DNA from: Octopus sinensis | Lineage: Eukaryota | Assembly (NCBI RefSeq): GCF_006345805.1 | Contig: NC_043016.1 | Location: 17,236,001 to 17,300,000, forward strand | Length of the DNA: 64,000 nucleotides | Reading direction: 5' to 3' | In this document: one piece after another, positions 37,507 through 50,929 of the stretch | Layout: each line of letters begins with the position of its first letter | Numbering within the stretch: the first letter of the stretch is position 1 | The notes under the pieces: model-generated | Told to the model about the DNA's origin: nothing | What the model saw: only the letters and a program-made list of their open reading frames with translations | The model's database searches: none | Translations under genes and position numbers: made by a program

Positions 37507-38214
37507 TATAGTTGAAAAATATCGTTATAGGTATAAAAATACCATAAACAATTATAGAAAAATGGAGGAGAAAAAGATGAATCAAAATTAGATTTAATAC
37601 AAAATATTTTGGATACGTATATGGACAGGTAGATATACAGATAGGTACATAGGTAATTCAGACAGATGGGCACACATACATTCAAATGAAGACTGAAACA
37701 CATGACCATATACAAACATGCACACTTAACACAAGGACGCATACGGAGACACACATTCATACATAACAGATGCACATACATAGTCACACAAACGCACACA
37801 CAAACGCACAAGGAGACAGGTACACCCACATACACACACGCACATACATACAAACACACAAACATAGACGCAAATACACACACAAACACACACACATATA
37901 GATATGCAGAATACATACATACATATATATATGCATAGACACATACATACATAAATACATGTGTATGCTCACACACTGACACATCCGTATGCGCAGTAAA
38001 AAAAAAGCAGTTCTGATAACGGACATTTAACGACTATTGAAAAGGTTGCAAGGCACAATGAGAATTTCAATAAATATAAATAAGTAAAAAAGAATGGAAA
38101 TCAGACCAGTGAGTGTGTTAAATTAATAAGGCACTAAAAGACAATGACACTCCCCATATACAATAATATATGCTTCAACACACGAATTCACATAAAGAAT
38201 CTTGCAAAAACGAA

Positions 38215-38246
<32 letters not shown>

Positions 38247-38284
38247 TTGTACATACACACACACATGTATATACTATACACATA

Positions 38285-40006
38285 TCTCATCATCATTTAA
38301 GTTCGTTTTCCGTGCTGGCATGGGTTGGACGGGTTGACAGGAGCTAGCCTGCCAGAGAGCTGTACCAGGCTCCAGCTATCTGTTTTGGCATGGTTTCTAT
38401 TGCATGATGTCCTTCCTAATGCTAACCACTTTATAGAGTGTAGTGGATGCTCTTTATGTGGTACCACCACCAGTGCTACTGGCACCAGCATGGGTGCTAT
38501 TCATGTGGCACCAGCACAAGTGCTTTTTTGTGTGGCACTGGCACAAGTGCCTTTTTGTGTGGCACTAGCATGGGTGCTTTTACATGATGCTGAAACAGGT
38601 ACTTTTTACATGGCACCAGCACATGCGAGAGAAGAAGTGGTGGGGCATGGCTGTAAAGGACATGCTGCATTTGTAGACGGCCATGATTTTATTTACCTTG
38701 ATGTGTCTTCTCAAGCTCAGCAAATTGCCAGAGGTCCTGGTCCCTTGTTATCTCAAAGGCCCATCGTTTTAAGACCATTTCTTACCACTTCACCCCATGA
38801 CTTCCTGCGTCTACCCCTTCCACAGGTCCACTCCACAATTAGTAATTGGCATTTTTTAAACACTGTCCTCATCCATACACATCTTATGACCAGTCTTCTC
38901 TCTTGCACACCACATCTGATACCTCTTATACCCAGTTTTCCTCTTAAGTCATTTACACTCACTTGTGTGTGTGTGTGCACACTGATATTACCCATCCAGT
39001 GGAGCATGCTAGATTCATTTCTTTCATGTACATACAGCATAGCTGTATGTACACAGGCATCATACAATCTGTCTTTCATTCTGAGGGAGAGGCCCTTAGT
39101 TACCAACACAGATAGAAGCTCTCTGAACTTTGCCCAGCCCATTCTTAGCCTAGCAGCTACACTTTCAGAAATTCCTCCTCTGCTGCTAACTTGGTCAGCT
39201 AGGTAACGGAAGGTATCTGCTACTTCTAAGGATCCCACCGGATGTTTAAGGAAGTCATTTCTCTGTACATTCTTAGTGTTTATTGTAACTGCACATCTGG
39301 TACACACAAAGATTATTTCTCTGTTAACTTTCCTGTTACACCACTGCACCTCTTACATATCCACAGCTCACTGCTTTCCTACTTACTAGGACTTTGATCT
39401 TTGCTAAATTAACTCTAAGGTCCCTAGATTCGAGACTTGCTTCCTCACCCAAATTTCCTCTCTAGTTCAGGTATTGATTCAGCTATAAAAACAAAGCCAT
39501 CAGTGTAGAGGGACTTCTCCATGTCAACAAAAGCCAAGTACAGAAGTTCATTTTAGGCTAAAGACCTCTCCTGCAGATGCCTTACCAGAAATATAGCATC
39601 AGTAGTGCTTCTCCCTGGTACAAATCAAACTGCATCTCATCTAAGCAAACTCTCTTCCTAATTAATTAAGCTATGGCCCTCTCTGCAACTTTCATCACCT
39701 GGTCCAGCAATTTGATATCACTGTAATTACTTCTGTCTGAGACATCACCTTATTTTTGTAGCAGCTGACTATTATGTTGCTACACCAGTTGTTGGGCATG
39801 ACTCCCTTGTGGATAACCTGATTACTGTTGAATAGACTATATTCCAATCTGCCAGATATTTTTAAGCATCTCAGTGGAGATTCCTGATGGGCCGGAGGCT
39901 TTCTCTGTCTTCATATTTTTAATTGCTTTATATACTATGCTGCTGTCGATTCAGATAGCTGGTCCCTATGCCTTCTCAACATTTAGCAGCCTTTCATAGT
40001 GACACT

Positions 40007-40012
<6 letters not shown>
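38285..40012 (-). mobile_element. RTE-clade LINE remnant (RT to 3' tail), internally deleted
   Basis: LDEMQFDFVPGRSTTDAIFLVRHLQE...LYLAFVDMEK, then GGISESVAARLRMGWAKFRELL...DRLYDACV...GRGRRRKSW, then the shared 3' tail. Confidence 0.9.
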
Positions 40013-40042
<30 letters not shown>

Positions 40043-40293
40043 CTATCATCATCCTTTAATATCTGTTTTTCAGGCTGGCCTAGGTATAACAGATTGTAAA
40101 TAGTTTATATATATACATACACCATTCTGCTTAAATAATGGAACTGCAGATATAATATCCTTACGTATCTCACGTCTGTTTTCATTCCTCCACTTCACTC
40201 TGTATTTCATATCTTATCTATAATAACTATTACTGAAACATATTCTCTTTATAAATGTCTGAAAACTATTCACAGCCTTTGATTTTTTTATCT

Positions 40294-40303
40294 CATTCTG
40301 TTA

Positions 40304-40349
<46 letters not shown>

Positions 40350-40430
40350 TTATATATATATATATATATTTTATATTATATATATATATATTTATATTTA
40401 TATATTTATATATATATAATATATATATAT

Positions 40431-40461
<31 letters not shown>

Positions 40462-40604
40462 ATATATATTTATATATTTATATATATATATATATTTATA
40501 TATTTATATATATATATATATTTATATATTTATATATATTATATATATATATTTATATATTTATATATATATATATAATATATATATAATATTTTATATT
40601 TATA

Positions 40605-40672
<68 letters not shown>
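40294..40672. repeat. (TA)n/(TATT)n array
   Basis: Direct reading. Confidence 0.98.
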
Positions 40673-40674
<2 letters not shown>

Positions 40675-43025
40675 CAGACTATATGATGCGTGTGTACGTA
40701 CAGCCATGCTACATGGTAGTGAAACATGGGCCATGAAAGCTGAGGATATGCGTAAGCTTGCAAGAAATGAAGCCAGTATGCCCCGATGGATGTGTAATGT
40801 CAGTGTTCATAATCGTCAGAGTGTAAGTACTTTGAGAGAAAAGTTGAACCTAAGAAGTGTCAGTTGTGGTGTGCAAGAGAGACGGCTGCGCTGGTATGGT
40901 CATGTGATGAGAATGACTGAAGATAGTTGTGTGCAAAAGTGCTACACCCTAGCAGTTGAGGGAACCTGTGGAAGAGGTAGACCCAGGAAAACCTGGGACG
41001 AGGTGGTGAAGCACGACCTTCGAACTTTAGGTCTCACCAAGGAAATGACTGAAGACCGAGTCTATGGAAGTGTGCTGTGCATGAGAGGACCCGGCAGGAC
41101 TAGTCAGGCCATATCCCGTGGCCCCTACCTGGGACGTAGTCGATCCACCTGTGCATACCTTCCTTCTTGTGACACTTGTGAAGACCTGCTGAGGCAAGTG
41201 AAAATCAATCAAAATAGATGAACATCAATGGAATTTGTATCTTTGTGGTACCAGTGCCTGTGGCACACAAGAAAACCATCCGAACGTGGCCGTAGCCAGT
41301 ACCGCATCGACTGGCCTCTGTGCTGTGGGAACATGGTGGCACATAAAAACACCATCCGAAGACCCGGCAAGACTAGTCAGGTCATAACCCGTGGGCCCTA
41401 CCTGGGACGTAGTCAGTCCACCTGTACATACCTTCCTTCTTGTGACACTTGTGAAGACCTGTTGAGGCAAGTGAAAATCAAATCAAAACAAATCAAAATA
41501 GATGAACATCAATGGAATTTGTATCTTTGTGGTACCAGTGCCGGTGGCACACAAGAATCCATCCGAACGTGGCCGTAGTCAGTACCGCTTGTGGTACCAG
41601 TGCCGGTGGCACACAAGAATCCATCCGAACGTGGCCGTAGTCAGTACCGCATCACTGGCCATCGTGCTGTGGGCACATAACAAACACCATCCGGTCGTGG
41701 CCGTTCGCCAGCCTCATCTAGCACCTGTGTCGGTGGCACATAAAAACACCATCCGAAGACCCGGCAAGACTAGTCAGGCCATAACCCATGGCCCCTACCT
41801 GGGACGTAGTCAGTCCACCTGTGCATACCTTCCTTCTTGTGACGCTTGTGAAGACCTGTTGAGGCAAGTGAAAATCAAATCAAAACAAATCAAAATAGAT
41901 GAACATCAATGGAATCTGTATCTTTGTGGTACCAGTGCCGGTGGCACACAAGAGAACCATCCGAACGTGGCCGTAGCCAGTTCCGCATTGACCGGCCTCC
42001 GTGCTGTGGGCACGTAACAAACACCATCCGATCATGGCCGTTCGCCAGCCTCATCTGGCACCTGTGTCGGTGGCACATAAAAACACCTTCCGAAGACCCG
42101 GCAAGACTACCTTCCTTCTTGTGACACTTGTGAAGACCGGTTGAGGCAAGTGAAAATCAAATCAAATCAAAATAGACAAAATAGATGAACATCAATGGAA
42201 TTTGTATCTTGTGGTACCAGTGCCTGTGGCACACAAGAAATCCATCAGTGCTGTAGTCAGTGCGGTGGGCACATGACAAACACCATCCGATCGTGGCCGT
42301 TCGCCAGCCTCATCTAGCACCTGTGTCGGTGGCACAAAAAAACACCATCCGAAGACCCGGCAAGACTAGTCAGGCCATAACCCATGGCCCCTACCTGGGA
42401 CGTAGTCAGTCCACCTGTGCATACCTTCCTTCTTGTGACACTTGTGAAGACCTGTTGAGGCAAGTGAAAATCAAAACAAATCAAAATAGATGAACATCAA
42501 TGGAATTTGTATCTTGTGGTACCAGTGCCGGTGGCACGTGGCACATAAGAAACCATCCGAACGTGGCCGTAGCCAGTACCGCATCGACTGGCCTCCGTGC
42601 TGTGGGCACGTAACAAGCACCATCCGATCGTGGCCGTTTGCCAGCCTCATCTGGCACCGTGTCGGTGGCACATAAAAAACACCATCCGAGCGTGGCCGTC
42701 TGCCAGCCTCATCTGGCACCTGTGTCGGTGGCACATAAAAAACACCATCCGAGCGTGGCCGTCTGCCAGCCTCGTCTGGCACCTGTGTCGGTGGCACATA
42801 AAAAACACCATCCGAGTGTGGCCGTTTGCCAGCCTCGTCTGGCACCTGTGTCGGTGGCACATAAAATCACCCACTACACTCTCGGAGTGGTTGGCGTTAG
42901 GAAAGGCATCCAGCTGTAGAAACACTGCCAGATCTGACTGGACTGGTGCAGCTTTCGGGCTCCCCAGACCCCAGTTGAACCGTCCAACCCATGCTAGCAT
43001 GGAAAGCGGACGTTAAATGATGATG
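40673..43025 (+). mobile_element. 5'-truncated RTE LINE with a tandemly amplified 3'UTR
   Basis: GRLYDACVRTAMLHGSETW...RRLRWYGHVMRM...GRGRPRKTWDEVV (40673-41085), then a complex tandem array, then the standard tail ending (GAT)n at ~43025. Confidence 0.92.
41086..42870 (+). repeat. Complex tandem array: five ~260-400-bp units plus four ~62-bp subunits
   Basis: The unit start gacccggca(a/g)gacta recurs at ~41088, 41361, 41758, 42096 and 42354; the ~62-bp caccatccga...ggtggcacataaaa subunit occurs four times in 42618-42865. Confidence 0.92.
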
Positions 43026-43460
43026 ATATATAGATAGATAGATAGATATATAAGCATCTTTTGAGCATTGGGCTTCTCAAAGGTAATGTGGCCAATGCTG
43101 GTGTTGTGGAACTAGCAATAGTGCTGTGGCATGTAAAATGTACCTTTCAAGCGCTGGGACTCACAGAAGCAATGACAAATGACCGAGACCCTTGGCAATG
43201 TGCTGTGCTTGAGAAAGAAGATCCATGAAGCCAAGTGAAATCGTAGTCATGGCAGATATTGGTGTCACACAACTGGCACCTGCACTGGTGGCACATAAAA
43301 GCTTTCATTACACTCTTGGAGTGGTTGGCATTAGGAAGGGCATCCAGCTGTAGAAACCATGCCAAATCAGACTGAAATCTGGTGCCACCTCTCAGCTTAC
43401 CAGCCCTGGTCAAACCATCCAACCAATGCCAGCATAGACAATGGATGTTAAATGATGGTG

Positions 43461-43489
<29 letters not shown>

Positions 43490-43491
<2 letters not shown>

Positions 43492-44020
43492 AGCAGTGGG
43501 GGAGGAATTTCTGAAAGCATAGTTGCTAGGATAAGAACAGGCTGGGCAAAGTTCAGAGAACTTCTATCTTTGTTGGTAACTAAGGGCCTCTCCCTCAGAA
43601 TGAAAGACAGATTGTATGATGCCTGTGTACGTACAGCTATGTTATTTGGCAGTGACACATGGGCTTTGACTACAGAGGACTTGTGAAGGATTGAAAGAAA
43701 TGAATCTAGCAAGCTCCATTGGATGAGTAATGTCACTGTACACACACACAACTGAGTGTAAATGATTTAAGAGGAGAACTGGGTATAAGAGGCATCAGAT
43801 GTTGTGGGCAAGAGAGAAGACTGTGCTGGTATGGTCATGTGATGTGTGTGGATGGGGACAGCTGTGTAAAGAAGTACTGAGTTCTAACTGGGGAGGGTAC
43901 CTGTGGAAGGGGTAGACCCAGGAAGGCATGGGACGAAGTGGTGAGAAAGGATCCTCAGATGCTGGACCTTACTGAGGAAATGACAAGGGACCAGGCATTT
44001 TGGTGATTTGCCATACTTTG
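43490..44020 (+). mobile_element. RTE LINE fragment
   Basis: GGGISESIVARIRTGWAKFRELL...DRLYDACVRTAML...GRGRPRKAWDEVV. Confidence 0.9.
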
Positions 44021-44304
44021 AACAAAGTGTGTGTGTGCATGCATGCTCACAGACACACATTTATAGGATAGAAAGAGAGAGTGAGGTGTTGGCGGAAGTT
44101 ACAACATGCTGAAGGAAGTGGGATGACTTTAGATGAGGTGATGGGGTAAGTGATGGGATGCCTAGTAGAACAGATATATTATTGAGAGGAAGGGATAGCC
44201 GAGAGAGATGAACATAGGGGGCAGAGGAGGAAATGGATGGATTACTATGTGCACGCAAAGCAGTGAACTAAACAAGGGTGAAGGCTCCTGTTCACAGAAT
44301 TCAG

Positions 44305-44455
44305 CAGACATGGCTGTGTGGCAAAAAGTCATGCTTTCCAACAACTACACGGTTCTAGGTTCAGTCCCACAAAGTGGCACTTTGGGCAAATGTCTCTATA
44401 ACGTTGAGCTGACAAAATCTTTGAGAGTAGATTTGGTAGGCAGAAACTAAAAGAA
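44305..44455 (+). mobile_element. SINE family C, 5' part
   Basis: catggctgtgtggcaaaaag...ggttcagtccc...ttgggcaaatgtc. Confidence 0.75.
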
Positions 44456-44694
44456 ACCTGTCCAACTCATGCCAGCATGGAAAACAGACATTAAATGATT
44501 GTAATGTGTTTGTGCGTGTGTATAAACATACACACGCACACACACATATATATATATATATGTATATATATATGTGTGTGTGTGTGTGTGTATATCCATA
44601 GCCTTACCAACACAGACATATCTGCTGAATTCTATAAATAGGAACCTTCATTTTTGTTTAGTTCAGTGATTTGTGTGTGCATAGTAATTAATCC

Positions 44695-44734
<40 letters not shown>

Positions 44735-45213
44735 CTGGAGGTAAGTGTGGAAGGAAGGACCAGAAAGGGAGAAATAAATGAGTATGGCAAGGAATTCAGT
44801 GAGAGTCACTGAAGGTTCGGGAGGGGGGGAGTCAGAAGGGGTGTGGAGGGAAGGACACGAGAGAGAGAGAGAGAGAGAGAGAGAAGTGAGAGAGAAACGA
44901 AGTAGGGGTTGAGGAGTAATGTGTAAGTAGAGGGAGCAATGAGGGGAAAGAAGGGCTAGAGGATATTAGGAAGGCAGAGGGAAGAACAGTGGAAGATGTA
45001 GAGAATGCATTTCAAGAAGGGAAATTTTTGGGAGAAGCAGAATGTGAATGCAAGGAAAAGAGGCCAGTGTGGGCAGTGAGAAAGGAGCGGCGTTACCATT
45101 CAGTGATCACAGTTGGAAGAGTGAAAGAAAGGATGAAGGGCACCGTAGAGGTGTGAGGACAAATAGTGAAATAAAGGCAAGACTAAAGGTATTGAATGGC
45201 AGTAGAAGTAACT

Positions 45214-45268
<55 letters not shown>

Positions 45269-45639
45269 TGTGTGTGTGTGTGTGCTAGTTGTTTGTACAA
45301 GACAGTTGTAATGAATGCTGGGTAGGAAGAGGTGAGGGTAGTCTAGTGCAACCTTTTATACATGGACCTAGAGAAGGATGAGATGTATAGAATGAAATGG
45401 ATGAGGATGAGGATGATGATGCAGTCTGTCTTGGTAGATGAGAATCATGGAGGGGAAAGCGAAGGAACAGTAATGCTGGCTTGGCCTGAAACGAAAGTGT
45501 ATCGGCATTAGGAATGGCATCCAGCCATAGAAACTGTGTCCAAAACAAATAACTGGAGCTAGATACCGCCCTCTGGCTTTACCAGCTCCTATCAAACCAT
45601 TCAACTCATGCCAGCATTGGAAAACAGATGATGATGATA

Positions 45640-46407
45640 TATACCTGTTGGCTCTCCTCCTGCAACTCAACTTGATTTCAAACCGGGTCGTCTGCTGCTG
45701 GAGAGGACCGATCAGGTAAAGGACCTGGGTATCTTGGTGGATTCCTCCTTTTCGCCTTCGGCCCAGTGCGTCCATGCTGCCAACAAAGCACGTGGAATTC
45801 TGTTCTTGATTCGACGGTCATTTGGAATGCTCACAGCAGCTATATTCCTACCGCTCTATGTCACGCTGGTGAGACCCATATTGGAGTACGGGATTCAAGC
45901 CTCTTCTCCTTATCTCCTCAAAGACATACACCATCTCGAAAGAGTCCAGAAGCTGGCTACCCACATGGTTCTTGGTCTCAAGAATTTGTCTTATGAAGAA
46001 AGGCTGAAGACGCTCGACCTTTATTCTCTAGAAAAACGACGATGCCGTGGAGATCTCATTCTTGCTCACAACATCATAAGCGGAAAGTGTAACCTCTCGA
46101 AAGAGCTGTTCTTCACTCCTGCTCCAGAGCGTCGGCTGTGGGGTCATTCCGAAAAGCTCTATCTGCGACGATTTCATCTCAATCGAAGGAGAAGGGCTTT
46201 CTCTGTCCGGGTTGCCGATCCGTGGAATAAGCTGCCAGACGAGATAGTGAAGATGCCGACGACCGCTTGGTTCAAAGTCTCCCTTGACCACAAGTGGCCT
46301 AAACTCTTTACATGGACACCACCCTGTACATAACTCCATGTCCCCCTACATGGCCTTGCTTTTTGCTTTTTGAGCCCAAAAATTAACTAACTAACTAACT
46401 AACTAAC
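45640..46407 (+). mobile_element. Young 5'-truncated CR1-clade LINE with (TAAC)n tail
   Basis: Uninterrupted frame QVKDLGILVDSSF...LYVTLVRPILEY...LERVQKLAT...SYEERLKTLDLYSLEKRRCRGDLI...FSVRVADPWNKLP, stop at 46333; tail (taac)n 46383-46407. Confidence 0.95.
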
Positions 46408-46479
46408 ATATGTGTGTATATATATGTATATATATATATATGGTGGTATCTAAAACACTATTGTGTGTAGGAATATTTT

Positions 46480-47260
46480 TCTGTAATGGATGAACAAGAC
46501 TTTAATAGCACTGTGTATGACCAGTCTGTATGGTTCTTTGTTGTCTTCTCTATGAGATGCAGCATATTCAGGTCCATACTTCATCTCTTCTCTCCAACTC
46601 AAGTCCACTTTGGTTTTCCTCTTCTACAAGTTCCACTAACATAGAGCACTCAACACTTTTCTGTGCAGTACTCTTCTTCCTCTGCTGTATCACATGTTTG
46701 TGCAACTATAGACTCCTCCTTTACACAACATACCTGACTTCTCTTGTACGTAGCTTTCCTCAGCTCATTTGTATCCAGGCATTCATGTGGTGCACTAACA
46801 TTACGTATCTGATGGGACAAGCTGGCTTCATTTCTTTCAAGCTTTTGCAAGTCTTTTACATTCAAGTTTCACATCTTGCTACCATGCAGCATTGCAATTC
46901 TAACCCAAGTGCCATCAATCTTCACTCAAAAGAGAAAAAAATTTGGTTGTCAGCAGTGGTTAATCACATGCATTCTTCACATCCAATATCTTCTCATAAC
47001 AACACTTCCATGATGCTATTTCATCTTCTGTAGCAATGACATCTTGGTTCTCTCTAAAACGGATTTGAAATTCTGAACATCTCACACACTTTGTTCTTCA
47101 TGTTACAGGACATGTGAAAAACCTGTTCTTTACTGTGTCACCCATAACCAAATATACTTGTAGCCTAGCTGGCCATTCTAGCTATTTAATCATTCTCTCT
47201 ACTACCACCTTCCTTCCTAGTTTTCCAAGCCTGTCTCTTAGCCTTTACTGCACTGTGAAT
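46480..47260 (-). mobile_element. Decayed RTE LINE fragment
   Basis: Minus frame NVKDLQKLERNEASLSHQIRNVS matches the other RTE copies. Confidence 0.7.
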
Positions 47261-48113
47261 CATTTAATATCCATTGTCCATGCTGGCATGGGTTGGACAA
47301 TGTGACCAGAGCTGGCAAACCAGATGGCTGCACCAAACTCCAGTCTGATTTGGCATAGTTTCTATGGTTCGATACCCTTCCTAATGCCAACCTCTTTACA
47401 GAGTGTGCAGGGTGCTTTTACGTGCCACTCCATGGGGACTTATATGTGATGCTGCAGGGGAATGTTTTATAACTGTCACGTCCCTTTTGTTCCTACCACA
47501 TATCAAATCTCTAGTCTTATGTAGGTTATTTTGTACAAATTCCCAGGTGTTATTTATGCTACAGGTATCATAAGTCCTCCTTCCTAAAGTCATATGCATC
47601 ATGTAGAATTTCTATAAACTTATGCCCAACTTTAGGGTCTTTTAGTTTCTGTATCTTCCTTCTCCATGCTGCTATTCATTTCTGTGTCTACCCTGCTCTG
47701 ACTCATATCACTTATTAGTCACTAATATCTATGTTGCATTCTACATTCTTCAACAGAAAATGCTTGGAGTATTTACAAGAGCCTCCCATCCCATTTCTTG
47801 GTGAAAATGTTACTTATCTGACTTGTGTACTCACCAGATTGGTAAGCAATGAGGATGACTAGAGAGTTTCTTTAAAGTGTGTGTTAGAACAAATTGTTAG
47901 GTCAGTTGCGCCATTAAATGCAGGAGCCTTGCATCCTCATCATTTCTCATACCATATTTAAACCTCTATGAACATCATGGAAGCCATTGTAATTTTGACC
48001 AACATGCCCATTAAAATCACTCACCATGAAAATGAAGATGCCTTAGGTTGTTGTTGAGGTAGTCTGCTGAGGCTGCCTCAAAGAAACAGTTGTTCTGTAT
48101 GGAAATAGACATC

Positions 48114-48144
<31 letters not shown>

Positions 48145-48215
48145 GTGCGTGCATATATATATATATATATATATATACCAAATACATTTTAAAAAACCAA
48201 ATAGGCATAGAACTC

Positions 48216-49150
48216 AGATCTTTTCCTTTTGAAACGGCAGATTGAGAAATTAATTTTTTGTAACCAAACCCTTTCAAACTTCAGACACTGGTAGATTGTG
48301 TCATATAAAACATCTTTTATTCTTAGTGTTTTTGAGAAAAGTTTATATTTTCAAAGTTATTTCGTGTTAAAGTTGTCGTATTTCAGTAATTTCAACCAAT
48401 CAATGGCATGTATTCAGCTGAATAAAATTACTGCCGTTGTTTGTCAACAACTTCCAGGGGTGTATATTTCATTTGTCACTGTTATTTAGGACATTATTCC
48501 TGTGTTTGTACTGGTTTAGCTTTAGGGTTTTAGAGTTAGGTTGCAAAAAAGTGAAAAATGAAGAAATTGGAGGAGGGAGGGGTAAGGGGGGGGGGCGGAA
48601 TGTAAAAATTCCGATTTTTGGCAATTTTCTGGAATCTCCGTATCTGAAAAGCTGGGTTTTTGGCAAAAAAAAAAATAATAAAAAAACCCCAATAATTTAT
48701 GAGAAAATGGGGTGGGGCGGTGGCAGGAAGTCTTTCCAAAAATAGTAGCTGAAAAACAGGAAAAAAAGACCTAAAAAGCAGTGGAAATGCACGAAATGGT
48801 GGTGCCATGAAGTAAACATGCTTCAGACACACACGTTTATTCATACAAACATAACTGAGATGAAATATGTCATAAATAACAGTGACAAACGAAATATACA
48901 CCACTGGAAGTTGTTGTTGACAAACAACGACAGTAATTTTATTCAGCTGAATACACGTCATTGATTGGTTGAAATTACCAAAATACGACAACTTTAACAT
49001 GAAATAACTTCATAAATATAAGTTTTTCTCAAAAACACTAAGAGTAAAAGATGTTTTATTATATGACACATTCTACCAGTGTCCGAAGTTTGAAAGTGTT
49101 TAGTTACAAAAAATTAATTTCTCGATTTGCCGTTGAAAGGGAAAAGATCC
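48216..49150. mobile_element. 935-bp foldback element, ~280-bp TIRs, 8-bp TSD (Merlin-like)
   Basis: TSD TAGAACTC at 48208-48215 and 49151-49158. Termini (A/G)GATCTTTTCC. Arms ~48216-48490 / ~48872-49150 are highly similar. The spacer holds tttagggttttagagttagg and G-runs. Confidence 0.92.
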
Positions 49151-50651
49151 TAGAACTCTGATGCAATGTCTGTAAAGTTCTCACTGTAAAGTCTGTAGGT
49201 TGTCTATTAGAGAAGATATAATAGAGAAGCCAATGCAATTTCACATCCTGTGAGGCTGAAATTGATAAAAACGAATTTAAGAAGTTTATTGTTTCAAACA
49301 TACTGCAATGTGTGTGCAGGTGATAGGTCAATAGTTGAGTTTTCAACCTCTGAAAGAAGAGTTGTTTGCCATATATCTGTCTGTCTGTCTGTCTATATCA
49401 TCATCATCCTCTAATGCCTGTCATCCATGCATGTATGAGTAGGACTGTTGACAGGAGCTGGCCAGGTAGAAGTGTATCCCAGGCTACTGTGTCTATTTTG
49501 ACAGGGATTTTATGGCCGGATGCCCTTCCTAACACACAACCACTCAGCAAAGTGGACTAGTGCTTTTTACATGGCACAAGCACAAGTCAGGTCAGCTTTG
49601 GCAAGGTTTTTACAGCTGGATGCCCTTCCAAATGCCAACCATATTACAGTGTGGACTGGATGCTTTTAACACGGCACCAGCACTGGCATGGTCACCAAGT
49701 AACTCATAAGACAAGGAATTATGAGATGAGCAGCGCTACTGGAGGTGGAGCTTTTGTGTAGGGATGATGACAGAGAAATAGAGAGGCAGAAACATGTGTC
49801 TTGCTATAGAGGAGGTACATGGTTACCCAGTGAGAGAGAGGAAATGCAAGAGAGAGGAAAAGATAGAGAGAAGAAAAAGAGAGGGAGAGAAAAAGAGAGA
49901 GAGGCACAAGAAAGAGGAGAGAAACAGATATGCTGATGTAAAGGTGATACTAGTCAGGTTACCTAGTCAGAGCAAAATCAAGAGGAGAGAGAGAGAGAGA
50001 TGGGGGGGGATCAAGAATGAAGGCAGAAACAGGTATGCTGCTGTAGAGGAGATACACGGCTACCCAGGCAGAGGGAAGAGAGAGAGAGGGGAGAGAGAGA
50101 GAGCAGGAGAGAGATGGTGGTAAAGTGTCAGGGTATACTCACAAGAAATGGAGTTCAGAGCATAGATGGGATGGTAGAGGAAGGAAATGGCGGCAATTGC
50201 CAGGGCACAACCCTAAGGTACAGAGGTCATAATATATACAATAAGGTATTGTCAAGAAGGTGTGAGTAGGGAGTGGGAATTGCTTTGACTGGTGAAAACC
50301 TGGGCAATAAAGATGGGGTGAGTTGGGGGATTCAGTGATACAGTGCTCAGGGCAATGAGGGAAGGAGAAGGGGAGTGGGAGATAATCATAGTGTATGAAA
50401 AAGAAATACAAGGCAGAGAAACATGTAGTTTAGAAGAGGAAATGTAATTCCATAATGGTAAGATTAACAAAAAAAAACTCCATCTGGCGAGGGATAAATA
50501 TTATTTAATAAACACAATATATATATTTATGCTATGAAAAACATCTCAGACAGCATTTTTTAACACATCTGGTGCCTTCATGCAGTTCTCAGGCTATTAG
50601 TAGCTCACAAAAATATACATTGCTTTTATTAAAGAATATATATATATACAC

Positions 50652-50853
50652 ACAAGGGTGTGCTGAAAAGTTCATGGTTTTAAGGGTATTGCAAAAAGGG
50701 TTGGTTGGAGGCCCAACCTTCCAAGTTCTTTTACAGGGCTTAGAAATACTGAAGGACCCCTGCAATAAGTGTGTGAATCTGAGACAAGAATATGTTGAAT
50801 AAAATCCTGTACTTTTTTACCCAAAGCCAGGAACTTTTCAGCACCCTCTCGTA
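50652..50853 (+). mobile_element. Mariner deletion derivative (MITE)
   Basis: TIR agggtgtgctgaaaagttc.tgg / ccaggaacttttcagcaccctctcgta; internal QGLEILKDPCNKCVNLRQEYVE* resembles the mariner C-terminus. Confidence 0.8.
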
Positions 50854-50929
50854 TATATATCCTTAAATCCTTAAAAATGTTTTAGCCCGAAGGCCGCGGC
50901 CATGCTGGGGCACCACCGCTGAATGAGCT

